A DNA stretch of 29,684 nucleotides from a virus (IMGVR_UViG_3300014202_001567:1-29684), one strand, 5' to 3'; numbered from the stretch's first letter, positions 16,291-25,725 are shown. A program made the numbers and translations. The notes: generated by a model from the sequence alone, not told the origin.

Positions 16291-16367
16291 CAAGCCCCTT
16301 AAAATCGAGTACATTTGTATACGCTTGCTAAGGTTACATTTATTCAGTCGCACGTTATTTGTCTGCC

Positions 16368-16397
16368 AAGGGTTCCTTTTAGGAGCCCTTTTTATTT
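16368..16397 (+). terminator. Intrinsic terminator (tR'-like) ahead of the lysis genes
   Basis: AAGGGTTCCT-TTT-AGGAGCCCTT followed by TTTATTT. Confidence 0.75.
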
Positions 16398-16631
16398 GTC
16401 GCCATTTCTTATTCGCAAACATCCAAATAGCTGCTCGTTAGCTAACCCCAGCTGAACAAAAGCGGCCGCTGCAATGGTGGCCGTGGTGGGTATGTGTTGC
16501 CGTGGTGTTCGACATTGCCGCTACGGACGTTGAAAGACACTAAAAACATCAGCAGTTAGAGGCGGCTACCTCACCGTTGATCTAACCGTTGGCCGCGCTA
16601 AGGCTAACCTCATTTTAAAGGAGACTGATCT

Positions 16632-17155
16632 ATGTCATTAAAGCAAAAGCTCGTGGCACTGGGGCTTTCTTCTGCTGTCGCACTGGCGGGGGCTAATTTG
16701 ATTGCCCCCGCTGAAGCGCCGAACGGCGAGCCCGTTCTGCACACCTATCTTGATCCGGTGGAAGTTATCACTGCTTGCTTAGGGCACACAGGCCCCGAGC
16801 TTGAGATCAACCAGTTTTTAGCGAGCAGCAATGCATTGAAATGTTCGCCAAGGATTTAGGCAAAGCCGATCGGCAGCTGCGGCGGCTAACGTATCCGGTG
16901 CAACTTACTGAAGGTGAACACGCTGCTTATCTCAGTCTGATTTATAACTTTGGTGCGGGTAACTTTCAAACCTCCACCTTGCGCAAGCTGTTACTGCGCG
17001 GCGAACGGGTTGCCGCTTGTCATCAACTCACCGAAGCCTGCGGAAAAAAGGGCTGTAATGGGTTTGTCTATGCGCGTGACATCAAGTTATCTGGCTTAGT
17101 CGAACGCCGCGCAAAAGAGCAATCAATCTGCTTAAAGGATTTATATGTGGAATAA
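16632..17155 (+). pseudogene. SAR endolysin (T4-type lysozyme) split by a 1-nt frameshift
   Basis: ORF 16632-16859 carries the SAR helix and the E..D..T triad (AE...YLD...IT). ORF 16841-17155 carries YNFGAGNFQTSTL and GLVERR. One extra T in the T5 run at 16815-16819 joins them (NQFFSEQQCIEMFAKD). Confidence 0.85.
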
Positions 17156-17648
17156 AATCATTAATGCCACGGGCTCGCTGCATCTGTATTTCATTGCTGC
17201 GCTCATCATAGTGATAACACTACTTGGCCTTAGTCTCACCGCTGTTAAAGCTGACCTCGCGTTAAAAAACTCGCAGCTCGAAACTGCCGCCGTTAACCAG
17301 CGCATGCTGCAAGATGATCTCACGGTTGTTACCGATGAACTGCAAGCGCAGGCCATCGAACGTGACAGGCTTGCTAAGGATTACGCCTTTGCCTTAGCGC
17401 TCAATGAAAAAGCCGATAAAGCTAAGGCCGAGATTGATCGCCAGCTTGCTGATCAGCGAGCCGCCATTAAAAAACTAAGGACCTCAGCCAATGAACAAAC
17501 CCGAAGTTGGGCTAATACTGCTGTGCCTGATGATGTTAAGCGGCTGCTCAAGCACGCCGCCTATTGCGCGCACCGTAGTCACCAAGCAGACCCAATATGT
17601 GTTACCGCCGCAATCATTAATGAGCCAGTGCCTGCCAGCCGAATGTAG
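17145..17648 (+). CDS. Rz: Inner-membrane spanin (Rz-like)
   Basis: N-terminal TM helix, long coiled coil and a WANTAVPDDVKRLL motif. Confidence 0.8.
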   Translation: MWNKIINATGSLHLYFIAALIIVITLLGLSLTAVKADLALKNSQLETAAVNQRMLQDDLTVVTDELQAQAIERDRLAKDYAFALALNEKADKAKAEIDRQLADQRAAIKKLRTSANEQTRSWANTAVPDDVKRLLKHAAYCAHRSHQADPICVTAAIINEPVPASRM

Positions 17649-17778
17649 CTCAGACGCTAATGCCGATCTGCCCGATTGCATCATTCAACTTTTAGCCGTG
17701 ATCACCAAGTGTGATACCGATTTGCATAACATCGAAACATGGCGAAGGGAAAAACAGCATGAACAATCCATACATTAA
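17491..17778 (+). CDS. Rz1: Outer-membrane spanin lipoprotein (Rz1-like), overlapping Rz
   Basis: Lipobox LSGC, Pro/Cys-rich mature part, in an alternate frame overlapping the 3' end of Rz. Confidence 0.8.
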   Translation: MNKPEVGLILLCLMMLSGCSSTPPIARTVVTKQTQYVLPPQSLMSQCLPAECSSDANADLPDCIIQLLAVITKCDTDLHNIETWRREKQHEQSIH

Positions 17779-18115
17779 TGATGTTGCCACCCAAAAAGGG
17801 TTTACGTTGAGTGCCTATATATCGTCACTAATGAGCACATTGGGAGGTGCCTTTACTATGGATAAAGTGGCGATGTTAATTGGCGTATTACTCGCCTTCC
17901 TCACTTTTTTGGGCAACTTTGCTTATCAAGAGTTTCGCCGTCAACGTGAGCGTCGCAAAGAGCAACGAGAGCGCTTACAAGAAGAAAAAGACGAAAAGCG
18001 CAAACAAGAACTTCACGCCGCCGACATGCAACTGAAAGCCGCCCTGCTAAAACAAGTGGAGCATCCTAATGGCACGCATTCAACCATCACCACCCGAGCC
18101 TGTTCTACTGAGTAA
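17759..18115 (+). CDS. Putative holin
   Basis: Start MNNPY at 17759. Hydrophobic segments (VAMLIGVLLAFLTFLGNFAY) followed by a highly charged tail. Confidence 0.6.
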   Translation: MNNPYINDVATQKGFTLSAYISSLMSTLGGAFTMDKVAMLIGVLLAFLTFLGNFAYQEFRRQRERRKEQRERLQEEKDEKRKQELHAADMQLKAALLKQVEHPNGTHSTITTRACSTE

Positions 18116-18602
18116 AACTGACCTATGCAAAAGCCTTGAGATCAGCACCCAAGCGTTTGATAAATGGGACGTGCCAGTGCACAGCAAGCGCGGCCGCGTG
18201 AGTTTATACAAAATGGCCGATGTGGTGGGTAACAGACTTGCCAACGAGCGCAAAAAAAACATCACTAAACCCGATGAAGATGATCCCGATAAGCCAGATA
18301 TCGACTTCGAACGCTGGCGCTTAACTCGGGCACAAGCAATTGGGCAAGAGATTAAAAACGAAAAAGACCTCAAAGAAGTGGTCGAAGTTAGTTTTGCCAC
18401 CTTTGTGCTAAATCGCATTGCGGCGCAAATTGCCCCAGTGCTTGATCAAATACACATACGGGTAAAACGCAAATTCCCCGACATTCCAGAACGCACAATC
18501 GACGCTATCAAAGCGGAGGTGATTAAAAGCCAAAACACCGCCGCCGATCTCGCGGAGGGCATTGAGGGTTTATTAGATGAGTATATCGGCCGCGCAGATT
18601 AA
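18069..18602 (+). CDS. nu1: Terminase small subunit (gpNu1-like)
   Basis: N-terminal winged HTH, ERWRLTRAQA..QEIKN and RKFPD motifs; directly upstream of the large subunit. Confidence 0.9.
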   Translation: MARIQPSPPEPVLLSKTDLCKSLEISTQAFDKWDVPVHSKRGRVSLYKMADVVGNRLANERKKNITKPDEDDPDKPDIDFERWRLTRAQAIGQEIKNEKDLKEVVEVSFATFVLNRIAAQIAPVLDQIHIRVKRKFPDIPERTIDAIKAEVIKSQNTAADLAEGIEGLLDEYIGRAD

Positions 18603-20574
18603 AAATCTGAAAGCCGCCGTTGCTGCTGGGCTGCGTTCGTTCTATCGGCCACCCATGCTCACCTGTTCACAATACGCCGACGAGCACTTTTACATGTCGT
18701 CGGAGTCCTCTTACACCGAGGGCAAGTGGGAAAGTTTACCGTTTCAAATTGGCATTCTTAATGCCATGGGTAACGACCAAATCAGCACGCTTAACTTAAT
18801 GAAGTCAGCGCGGGTCGGTTACACCAAAATGCTGATGGCTAACGCTGCTTACAAGATTGAGCACAAAAAACGCAACGTGCTGATCTATCAGCCTCGTGAT
18901 GGTCAAGCCAAAACCTTCATGAAAAAGCACGTTGAAACGGCGATACGTGATATCCCCGTTTGGCGCGCGCTTGCACCTTGGATGGGGCGCAAGCATAAAG
19001 ACAGCACGCTAGAAGATAAGATTTTCACCAACGGTAAAACGTTGATGGTGCGCGGTGGTACCGCTGCCGCTAACTATCGCGAAATCTCCACTGATGATGT
19101 GATCTACGATGAGTTAGCGGGTTTTGATGAATCCATCGAGCACGAAGGTAACGCCACATCGCTTGGTGATACCCGTATCGAACTATCGATGTTTCCTAAG
19201 TCGATTCGCGGTTCAACGCCTAAAGTGCTCGGTACCTGCCAGATTGAAAAGGCCTGCAGCGAATCACCGCACTATTTTAAGTTCAGCTTGCCTTGCCCAC
19301 ACTGCGACGAACTGCAGGATTTAAAGTGGGGCGGCCCTGAAGAAGCCTTTGGGATTAAGTGGCATAAAAATGCAAAGGGCGAGCACGACCCAAGCACAGC
19401 CTATTATCTGTGTGAGCACTGCGGTTGCTGTATCGAAAACAATCAGCTCGATGATATGGAGCTGCACCCAAGCGCGATCTGGATATGCGAAAACACCGGC
19501 ATCCGCACTAAAGACTTTTTAGACTTTTATGATGCCGACGGAAACGACATCACCACGCCGCCCAATATCTCGATTCATATCTGGTCGGCCTATAACTCGC
19601 TTAACAGCTGGGCGAAATTGGTTACTGAGTTCTTTAAAGCCAAAGGCGATAAAGAAAAGCTGCAGACTTTCGTCAACACTAAGCTAGGCCAACCGTGGGA
19701 TAACGACAACGGCGAGCGCTTAGAGTGGGAAGAATTAGCGAAGCGCCGCGAAATGTACCCCAGTGGCAAAGTGCCTAACTGGGTGGTGTATTTAACTTGC
19801 GGTATCGACACCCAAGATAACCGTTACGAAGGCCGTGTTTGGGGCTGGGGTGCGGGTAAAGAGGCGGCGCTAATTGACCGCTTTATTCTCCATGGTGATC
19901 CCGCTGATCAAGTATTAAAAGACAAAGTGGCTGAGCGTATTGCGCAAAGCTATGCCCGTGCCGATGGTGTTGTGCTCAATATTGGCGTAGTGGGTTGGGA
20001 CTCAGGTGGTCACTACACCGATGACGTTTATGCCATGAGTAAAAAGCTTGGGCTAATGCGGGTTATACCCATTAGAGGTGCCAACGTTTACGGCAAGCCG
20101 ATCGCCAACTTCCCCCGTAAGCGAACCGCCAAAGGCGTTTATTTAACGGAGGTCGGCACCGACAACGCCAAAGAGTTGTTGATGTCGATGTTGCGAATTG
20201 CCCCTGATGTTGATGTGCGCAAGCCTGGTGCGATTCACTTTCCGCTAAACGAAGCGGTATGTGATGACGTTGAGCTGCAACAGCTCACCAGTGAACGCAA
20301 AGTGCCGGTGCGCCAAAACGGGCGAATCATCTATAAATGGGACAACCAAAAGCGCCGCAACGAGGCACTAGACTGTTTCGTTTACGCCTTGGCCGCGCTG
20401 TATATCGCGATAGAAAAATTCGGCATCAACCTCGACAAACTTTCACAAGTTACCCCGATCGCCATATCAAGCGACCAACCCAAAGAACCTAAACCTAAAG
20501 CCGCAAAACAGGCCAATGCGAATGCTGCTTACCTAAATGGTGGCGGCTCTGGTACGTCTGGCGGTTGGCTGTAG
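18577..20574 (+). CDS. A: Terminase large subunit (gpA family)
   Basis: Walker A KSARVGYTK, Walker B VIYDE, GSTPK, Zn motifs, GIDTQ and RNEALDC. Confidence 0.97.
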   Translation: MSISAAQIKNLKAAVAAGLRSFYRPPMLTCSQYADEHFYMSSESSYTEGKWESLPFQIGILNAMGNDQISTLNLMKSARVGYTKMLMANAAYKIEHKKRNVLIYQPRDGQAKTFMKKHVETAIRDIPVWRALAPWMGRKHKDSTLEDKIFTNGKTLMVRGGTAAANYREISTDDVIYDELAGFDESIEHEGNATSLGDTRIELSMFPKSIRGSTPKVLGTCQIEKACSESPHYFKFSLPCPHCDELQDLKWGGPEEAFGIKWHKNAKGEHDPSTAYYLCEHCGCCIENNQLDDMELHPSAIWICENTGIRTKDFLDFYDADGNDITTPPNISIHIWSAYNSLNSWAKLVTEFFKAKGDKEKLQTFVNTKLGQPWDNDNGERLEWEELAKRREMYPSGKVPNWVVYLTCGIDTQDNRYEGRVWGWGAGKEAALIDRFILHGDPADQVLKDKVAERIAQSYARADGVVLNIGVVGWDSGGHYTDDVYAMSKKLGLMRVIPIRGANVYGKPIANFPRKRTAKGVYLTEVGTDNAKELLMSMLRIAPDVDVRKPGAIHFPLNEAVCDDVELQQLTSERKVPVRQNGRIIYKWDNQKRRNEALDCFVYALAALYIAIEKFGINLDKLSQVTPIAISSDQPKEPKPKAAKQANANAAYLNGGGSGTSGGWL

Positions 20575-20602
20575 TCAATACCATAAAGCCAAGGATAACA
20601 GC

Positions 20603-20809
20603 ATGACCAAAACCCAATGCCAACAGATGATCGATGCGTACTTTCAGGCCGAGCTTGATGTGTTGGCAGGCAAGCAAACCACGATCAACGGCAAAACAAT
20701 GACCACTGAGGACCTAGGCGAAATCCGCAAAGGTCGCCTCGAATGGGAGCGCCGTTTAAATGCCTTTAGCCGCCCACAGGGTGGCGTCAAGTTAGCCCGC
20801 TTTAACTAA
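20603..20809 (+). CDS. Head-tail joining protein (gpW position)
   Basis: 68 aa from ATG 20603 (SD AAGGA); YFQAELDVLAGK...DLGEIRKGR.EWE; lies between terminase and portal. Confidence 0.8.
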   Translation: MTKTQCQQMIDAYFQAELDVLAGKQTTINGKTMTTEDLGEIRKGRLEWERRLNAFSRPQGGVKLARFN

Positions 20810-20858
20810 TCAAGCCGCATTAATAGGGCACTTCTAAAAATATAAGTCGGAGCAACAC

Positions 20859-22433
20859 ATGAGCATTATCAATGATGCGCTGGCGATATTTGCCCCGCGT
20901 TTAGCATTACAGCGTGAAGCGGCCGCAATGAGCTACCGCAACCTGAAAGGGTATGAAGCCGCCAGTCCAAGCCGTACGCATCGCGCTAAAAAGGAAAGTC
21001 GCGGGGCAAACCAAGCAATATTTGCAGCAGGTAAAAGCCTACGTGAGCAAGCGCGCTGGTTAGACGAAAATCATGATCTCAGTATCGGCATTCTCGACCG
21101 CATGGAAGAACGGGTGATCGGTGCCCAAGGGATTGTAGTTGAACCGCAGCCGCGCAGTATTCGCGGTGAAATCCTTGATGACTTAGCCAACGATATTCAG
21201 CGCCGTTTCGGTGCATGGTCGCTTAAGTGTGATGTGACGGGCCGCTTTAGTCGCCCTGAATTAGAGCGTTTGGTATTACGTAGCGCCCTGCGTGATGGTG
21301 ATGTATTTGGCCAGCATGTGATGGGTAAAGTGGCTAAGTTCGGCCACCCAAATGAGCAAGGCACTCAATACAGTATTGAAGCGTTAGAAGCCGACTTTAT
21401 CCCCTACGAGTTAAACGAACCAGCAAAGCGGGTACGCCAAGGGCTCGAAGTGAACGGCTGGGGCCAAGTAGTTAACTATCACGTATTGCTTGATCACCCT
21501 GCGGATCAAGTCGGCTTTCGCTACAAAACCAAAGTGATACCCGCATCGAGCATGATGCACTTAGGCTTATTTAAACGCTTGCACCAGCTGCGTGGCGCTT
21601 CGTTATTCCACGGCATTTTAACCCGCCTTGGCGATATTAAAGACTATGAGGAATCTGAGCGAGTAGCGGCTCGGATTGCGGCCGCGCTGGCGTTCTACAT
21701 CAAGCGCGGCGATGCCGCCATGTTTGTTCCTGACTCAAGTGGTGAATCGTCAAGCCGTGAAATCCCCATTGCACCTGGCATGACCTTCGATGATCTCAAG
21801 CCCGGTGAAGATGTTGGCATGATTGAATCCAATCGGCCTAATGTGCACTTAGTTGATTTTCGTAACGGCCAATTAAAAGCCGCCGCAGCCGGTACCCGTG
21901 GCAGCTATTCCAGCATTGCCCGTGACTACAACGGCAGTTATTCAAGCCAGCGCCAAGAGCTAGTTGAGCAAGACGAATCCAACCGCATTATGCAGCAGTG
22001 GTTTTGTGCTGGCTGGTCGCGGCCTGTGTTCCGCAATTTTCTCAAAATGGAAATGCACAACAAGCAGGACCCATTAGTGCTACCGCCAGATATCGACATG
22101 CGCACCTTATTTGATGCCGTGTACTACGGGCCCACCATGCCATGGATTGATCCACGCAAAGAGGCCGAAGGCTGGGAAATGATGATCGCTGCCAACGTCG
22201 CAACCGAGGCCGATTGGACTCGCGCCCGTGGCCGTAATCCTGCAGAAGTAAAACGCCAGCGTAAGCGTGAGGTGGATTACAACCGCGACAACAACATGGT
22301 CACGGCCAATGACCCCGACCCCTCGCTAGGAGATCCTAACAGTGAAAAAGACCCCAATAGCATCAGCAATGCTAAGCGCAATGCTGCCAAGCGGAGCGCT
22401 GAGCGTGCCCGTCGCAACGCTGAACCAGAGTAA
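20859..22433 (+). CDS. Portal protein, lambda family
   Basis: YEAAS, LREQARWLDENH, QLRG, DYNGSYSSQRQ and PWIDPRKE motifs. Confidence 0.95.
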   Translation: MSIINDALAIFAPRLALQREAAAMSYRNLKGYEAASPSRTHRAKKESRGANQAIFAAGKSLREQARWLDENHDLSIGILDRMEERVIGAQGIVVEPQPRSIRGEILDDLANDIQRRFGAWSLKCDVTGRFSRPELERLVLRSALRDGDVFGQHVMGKVAKFGHPNEQGTQYSIEALEADFIPYELNEPAKRVRQGLEVNGWGQVVNYHVLLDHPADQVGFRYKTKVIPASSMMHLGLFKRLHQLRGASLFHGILTRLGDIKDYEESERVAARIAAALAFYIKRGDAAMFVPDSSGESSSREIPIAPGMTFDDLKPGEDVGMIESNRPNVHLVDFRNGQLKAAAAGTRGSYSSIARDYNGSYSSQRQELVEQDESNRIMQQWFCAGWSRPVFRNFLKMEMHNKQDPLVLPPDIDMRTLFDAVYYGPTMPWIDPRKEAEGWEMMIAANVATEADWTRARGRNPAEVKRQRKREVDYNRDNNMVTANDPDPSLGDPNSEKDPNSISNAKRNAAKRSAERARRNAEPE

Positions 22434-24411
22434 TAAACCCGCCAATAGCTGGTATAGCCTCAAAGCCCAAAACGGTAATGCCGAGTTAATGATCTATGAC
22501 GAGATTGGCGGCTGGGGCATTAGTGCGCAACAGTTCGCCCGTGATCTACAGGCCCTAGGCAAAGTGGGCACCATTACCGCCCGTATTCATTCGCCAGGCG
22601 GCGATGTATTCGAAGGCATGGCGATTTACAACATGATCAAAGGCCACCCAGCGCACAAAGTTTGCTACATCGATGGCCTTGCAGCTTCGATGGCCAGTGT
22701 GATTGCCATGGCTTTTGATGAAGTCATCATGCCTGAAAACGCCATGATGATGGTGCATAAGCCTTGGGGCGGAACCCTCGGTGATGCCGAAGATATGCGC
22801 AAATACGCCGACTTGCTCGATAAGGTTGAAGGCAATTTAGTGGGCGCCTACCAACACAAAACAGGCTTGTCAGAAGATGAACTCCACGCTCTGTTAGCCG
22901 CTGAAACTTGGCTAACTGGGCGCGAAGCAGTGGAAAAAGGTTTTGCCAACACCCTCACCGATCCGCTGCAAATGGCGGCATCACTTAATTCAAAACGTCT
23001 TAAGGATTTTACTAATATGCCTGAAGCTCTCAAAAACCTGTTTGCACCGCAGGGTAACAGTGCTCCCAACCCACTCGTGCCAGCACCAGCAGCACCTAAT
23101 GCTCAGTTGCCTGCGCCTGCAGCAACACAACCTGATACCACAGCTATTCAAGCGGCTGCGATTGCGTTTAATACTGAGCGTATGAACGGTATCAATGCGG
23201 CATTTACTTTCTTTCCTGAGTTAGCTGAGTTACGTAATCAGTGTATTGCCGATGCCAACATCAATGCTGATAAAGCCAAAGACATGATCTTGGCAAAGCT
23301 GGGTGAGAACACTACGTCGTGCGCCGTGCAGCCTAAAAGTGTCATTATTCATGCCAGCAACGGTAACATCGTGGGTGATTCAATTCGTGCTCAGTTAATG
23401 GCGCGTTCCGGCCATACAAAAGCTGAAGCTAGCAACAACTATTCGAGCTACTCCATGCTTGAGTTGGCACGCGCCTCACTGTTAGATCGCGGTATCGGCT
23501 GCGCTGGATTCAACAAAATGGAGATGGTCGGCTTAGCCTTTACCCACAGCTCAAGCGACTTTGGCAACATTCTGTTGGATGTAGCTAATAAATCAGTGTT
23601 AATGGGCTGGGAAACCGCCGAAGAAACCTTCGAGCGTTGGACCAAGAAAGGCCAGTTAGGCAACTTTAATATCGCCAAACGTATCGGCCTTGGTGACTTT
23701 AATAGCCTGCGCCAAGTGCGTGAAGGTGCGGAATACAAGTACGTCACCGTTGGCGACCATGCGCAACAAATCGCGCTGGCTACCTATGGCGAGTTGTTCA
23801 GCATTACCCGTCAGGCCATTATCAACGACGATATGAGTATGTTGACTGATATCCCAATGAAAATGGGCTTTGCCGCCAAAGGCACCATTGGCGATTTGGT
23901 ATATGCGGTATTAACCAAAAACCCCGCAATGGCTGATGGCAAAACGCTGTTCCATAATGACCATGGCAACTTAGGTTCCGGTGCGCCAAGTGTGGCGGCT
24001 CTCGATGCCAATCGCATGTTAATGCGTAAGCAAAAATCGGGTAATCGCCACCTGAATATTCGCCCTGAGTTTGTACTGTGCCCTGTAGCGCTTGAAACCA
24101 CGTTTAACCAGATCATTAAGTCCAGTTCTGTTAAAGGTGCCGATGTGAATTCAGGTATTGCTAACCCAATCCAAAACTTTGCCGAAGTGATTGCTGAGCC
24201 TCGTTTAGATGATAACAGCGCGGTTCAGTGGTTCCTTTCTGCGGGTCAAGGCCGCGACACCATTGAGGTGGCTTACCTTGATGGCATCGACACGCCTTAC
24301 ATTGAGCAGCAACAGGGCTTCACTATCGACGGCGTCGCCACCAAAGTGCGTATCGACGCGGGTGTTGCACCGCTTGATTACCGTGGATTGGTGAAATCAA
24401 CAGGCGTGTAA
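22342..24411 (+). CDS. ClpP-like prohead protease / major capsid protein fusion
   Basis: IYDEIG, IHSPGGDV, DGLAASMAS and MMVH protease motifs; Pro/Ala linker; capsid part THSSSDF...EVAYLDG...DYRG. Confidence 0.93.
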   Translation: MKKTPIASAMLSAMLPSGALSVPVATLNQSNKPANSWYSLKAQNGNAELMIYDEIGGWGISAQQFARDLQALGKVGTITARIHSPGGDVFEGMAIYNMIKGHPAHKVCYIDGLAASMASVIAMAFDEVIMPENAMMMVHKPWGGTLGDAEDMRKYADLLDKVEGNLVGAYQHKTGLSEDELHALLAAETWLTGREAVEKGFANTLTDPLQMAASLNSKRLKDFTNMPEALKNLFAPQGNSAPNPLVPAPAAPNAQLPAPAATQPDTTAIQAAAIAFNTERMNGINAAFTFFPELAELRNQCIADANINADKAKDMILAKLGENTTSCAVQPKSVIIHASNGNIVGDSIRAQLMARSGHTKAEASNNYSSYSMLELARASLLDRGIGCAGFNKMEMVGLAFTHSSSDFGNILLDVANKSVLMGWETAEETFERWTKKGQLGNFNIAKRIGLGDFNSLRQVREGAEYKYVTVGDHAQQIALATYGELFSITRQAIINDDMSMLTDIPMKMGFAAKGTIGDLVYAVLTKNPAMADGKTLFHNDHGNLGSGAPSVAALDANRMLMRKQKSGNRHLNIRPEFVLCPVALETTFNQIIKSSSVKGADVNSGIANPIQNFAEVIAEPRLDDNSAVQWFLSAGQGRDTIEVAYLDGIDTPYIEQQQGFTIDGVATKVRIDAGVAPLDYRGLVKSTGV

Positions 24412-24433
24412 ACAGCGCTAAACCGACATAAAT

Positions 24434-24459
24434 GGGCTATCAAACGATAGCCCTTTTTT
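24434..24459 (+). terminator. Intrinsic terminator after the capsid gene
   Basis: GGGCTATC-AAAC-GATAGCCC followed by TTTTTT. Confidence 0.85.
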
Positions 24460-24491
24460 ATTCAGTTTTGTTTTTAAGCAGGAACACTCTC

Positions 24492-24815
24492 ATGAAAAAT
24501 TATGTGCAAGATGGCAAGACCATTAGCTTTACGCCCACCGCCGCAGTTGCCAGTGGTGAAGCGGTATTACTGGCCACATTGTTAGTTGTGGCGATTGGCG
24601 CCATTGCCGCAGATACCGAAGGTACAGGTGTAACTGAAGGCGTGTTTGAACTCCCTAAAAAATCCACAGATGTGCTCGCAGTTGGCGCAGCCGTGTATTG
24701 GGACGACACCGCTAATGAAATCACATCACTCGCCACGGGCAATACCTTAGCTGGCAAAGTATGGGCTGCTGCGGCAAATCCATCTACCAGCGTCTGGGTG
24801 AAGATCAATGCCTAA
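24492..24815 (+). CDS. Capsid cement/decoration protein (DUF2190-like)
   Basis: MKNYVQDGKTI...EGVFELPK...VYWD; SD AGGA. Confidence 0.85.
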   Translation: MKNYVQDGKTISFTPTAAVASGEAVLLATLLVVAIGAIAADTEGTGVTEGVFELPKKSTDVLAVGAAVYWDDTANEITSLATGNTLAGKVWAAAANPSTSVWVKINA

Positions 24816-25152
24816 CGTTGGCAACCACTTTGCCGATCGCGTGCGGGGTAAAATGGTGCGGCTGTTTCAGCGTTTGGCTGATCCGTGCCTTTTTACCCCA
24901 AGCGATGGTTCAGCGCCATTTACTCGTCTGGTGAGTTTGGATGATAACGGCGCTGAAATTGCGGCCTCGTCTAATGAATATGTCCCCGAGCTAATCAGTC
25001 GTGCCGAGTTTTTACAATCCGAAGGGGCGGTAAATTCTGGTGATGAGTTTGCGATAGGTGAGGGCATTAGCGCCCAGCAAGGACGCCTCACCCAAAGGGT
25101 AAGCATGGATTCGGTCAGCGTGACCTTTATCTATATTCCGCTTGAGGCCTAG
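24808..25152 (+). CDS. Putative head-tail joining protein
   Basis: 114-aa ORF, assigned by synteny. Confidence 0.55.
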   Translation: MPNVGNHFADRVRGKMVRLFQRLADPCLFTPSDGSAPFTRLVSLDDNGAEIAASSNEYVPELISRAEFLQSEGAVNSGDEFAIGEGISAQQGRLTQRVSMDSVSVTFIYIPLEA

Positions 25153-25155
25153 CCA

Positions 25156-25725
25156 ATGGCACGCATAAAGATTGAAGGCATGGAGGCTGTAACAAAGGAA
25201 CTTAACCGCATTCGTGATGCACAAGCGCCAGCGATTAATCGGGCAATTGAGGACGCAGTTAAGTTTGGTAAAAAGGCAGCAGTTGACGGCATTTTTAACA
25301 AATACGGTTTTAACTCAAAAAGCTATGTAGAAAACTTGATTAGCTACAGTGTAGACCCACGAAATTTAAAGGGTTTCGTTACAGCCCGTTACCGCTCGAG
25401 TTCCTTAACCCGTTTTGCTTCAGGTAAAAAACGGATAGGTAAAAATGGGAGGTCAAGAGCTGATGGTCACATCATCCGTTCGTTGCGCAATGAACCACAC
25501 TGGTTTAAAGGCACTTTTACCTTTATAGGTAGAAATGGCAATTTTGTAATGTACGAGCGTCATCGAGGCGAAAAGTGGCGCACCTTTAAACAAGCAAAAG
25601 ATAAAGGGATTAAGGCTAAATATGGCCCTTCTGTCTTACAAGCTTTCAGAGGCGTGGAAGAAGATATTGAGCCACCAATTATTAAGCATCTACGCGAACG
25701 CTACGGCCACCACGCTAGCCGTTAA
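25156..25725 (+). CDS. Putative tail completion protein (gpZ-like)
   Basis: Basic 189-aa protein with AINRA and YGPSV.Q motifs; synteny. Confidence 0.65.
   Translation: MARIKIEGMEAVTKELNRIRDAQAPAINRAIEDAVKFGKKAAVDGIFNKYGFNSKSYVENLISYSVDPRNLKGFVTARYRSSSLTRFASGKKRIGKNGRSRADGHIIRSLRNEPHWFKGTFTFIGRNGNFVMYERHRGEKWRTFKQAKDKGIKAKYGPSVLQAFRGVEEDIEPPIIKHLRERYGHHASR

Noticed and set aside
22342-22433. 92-bp overlap between the portal and protease genes as a special feature
   Set aside because: The true protease start is uncertain (later ATGs exist), and such overlaps are common in head modules.
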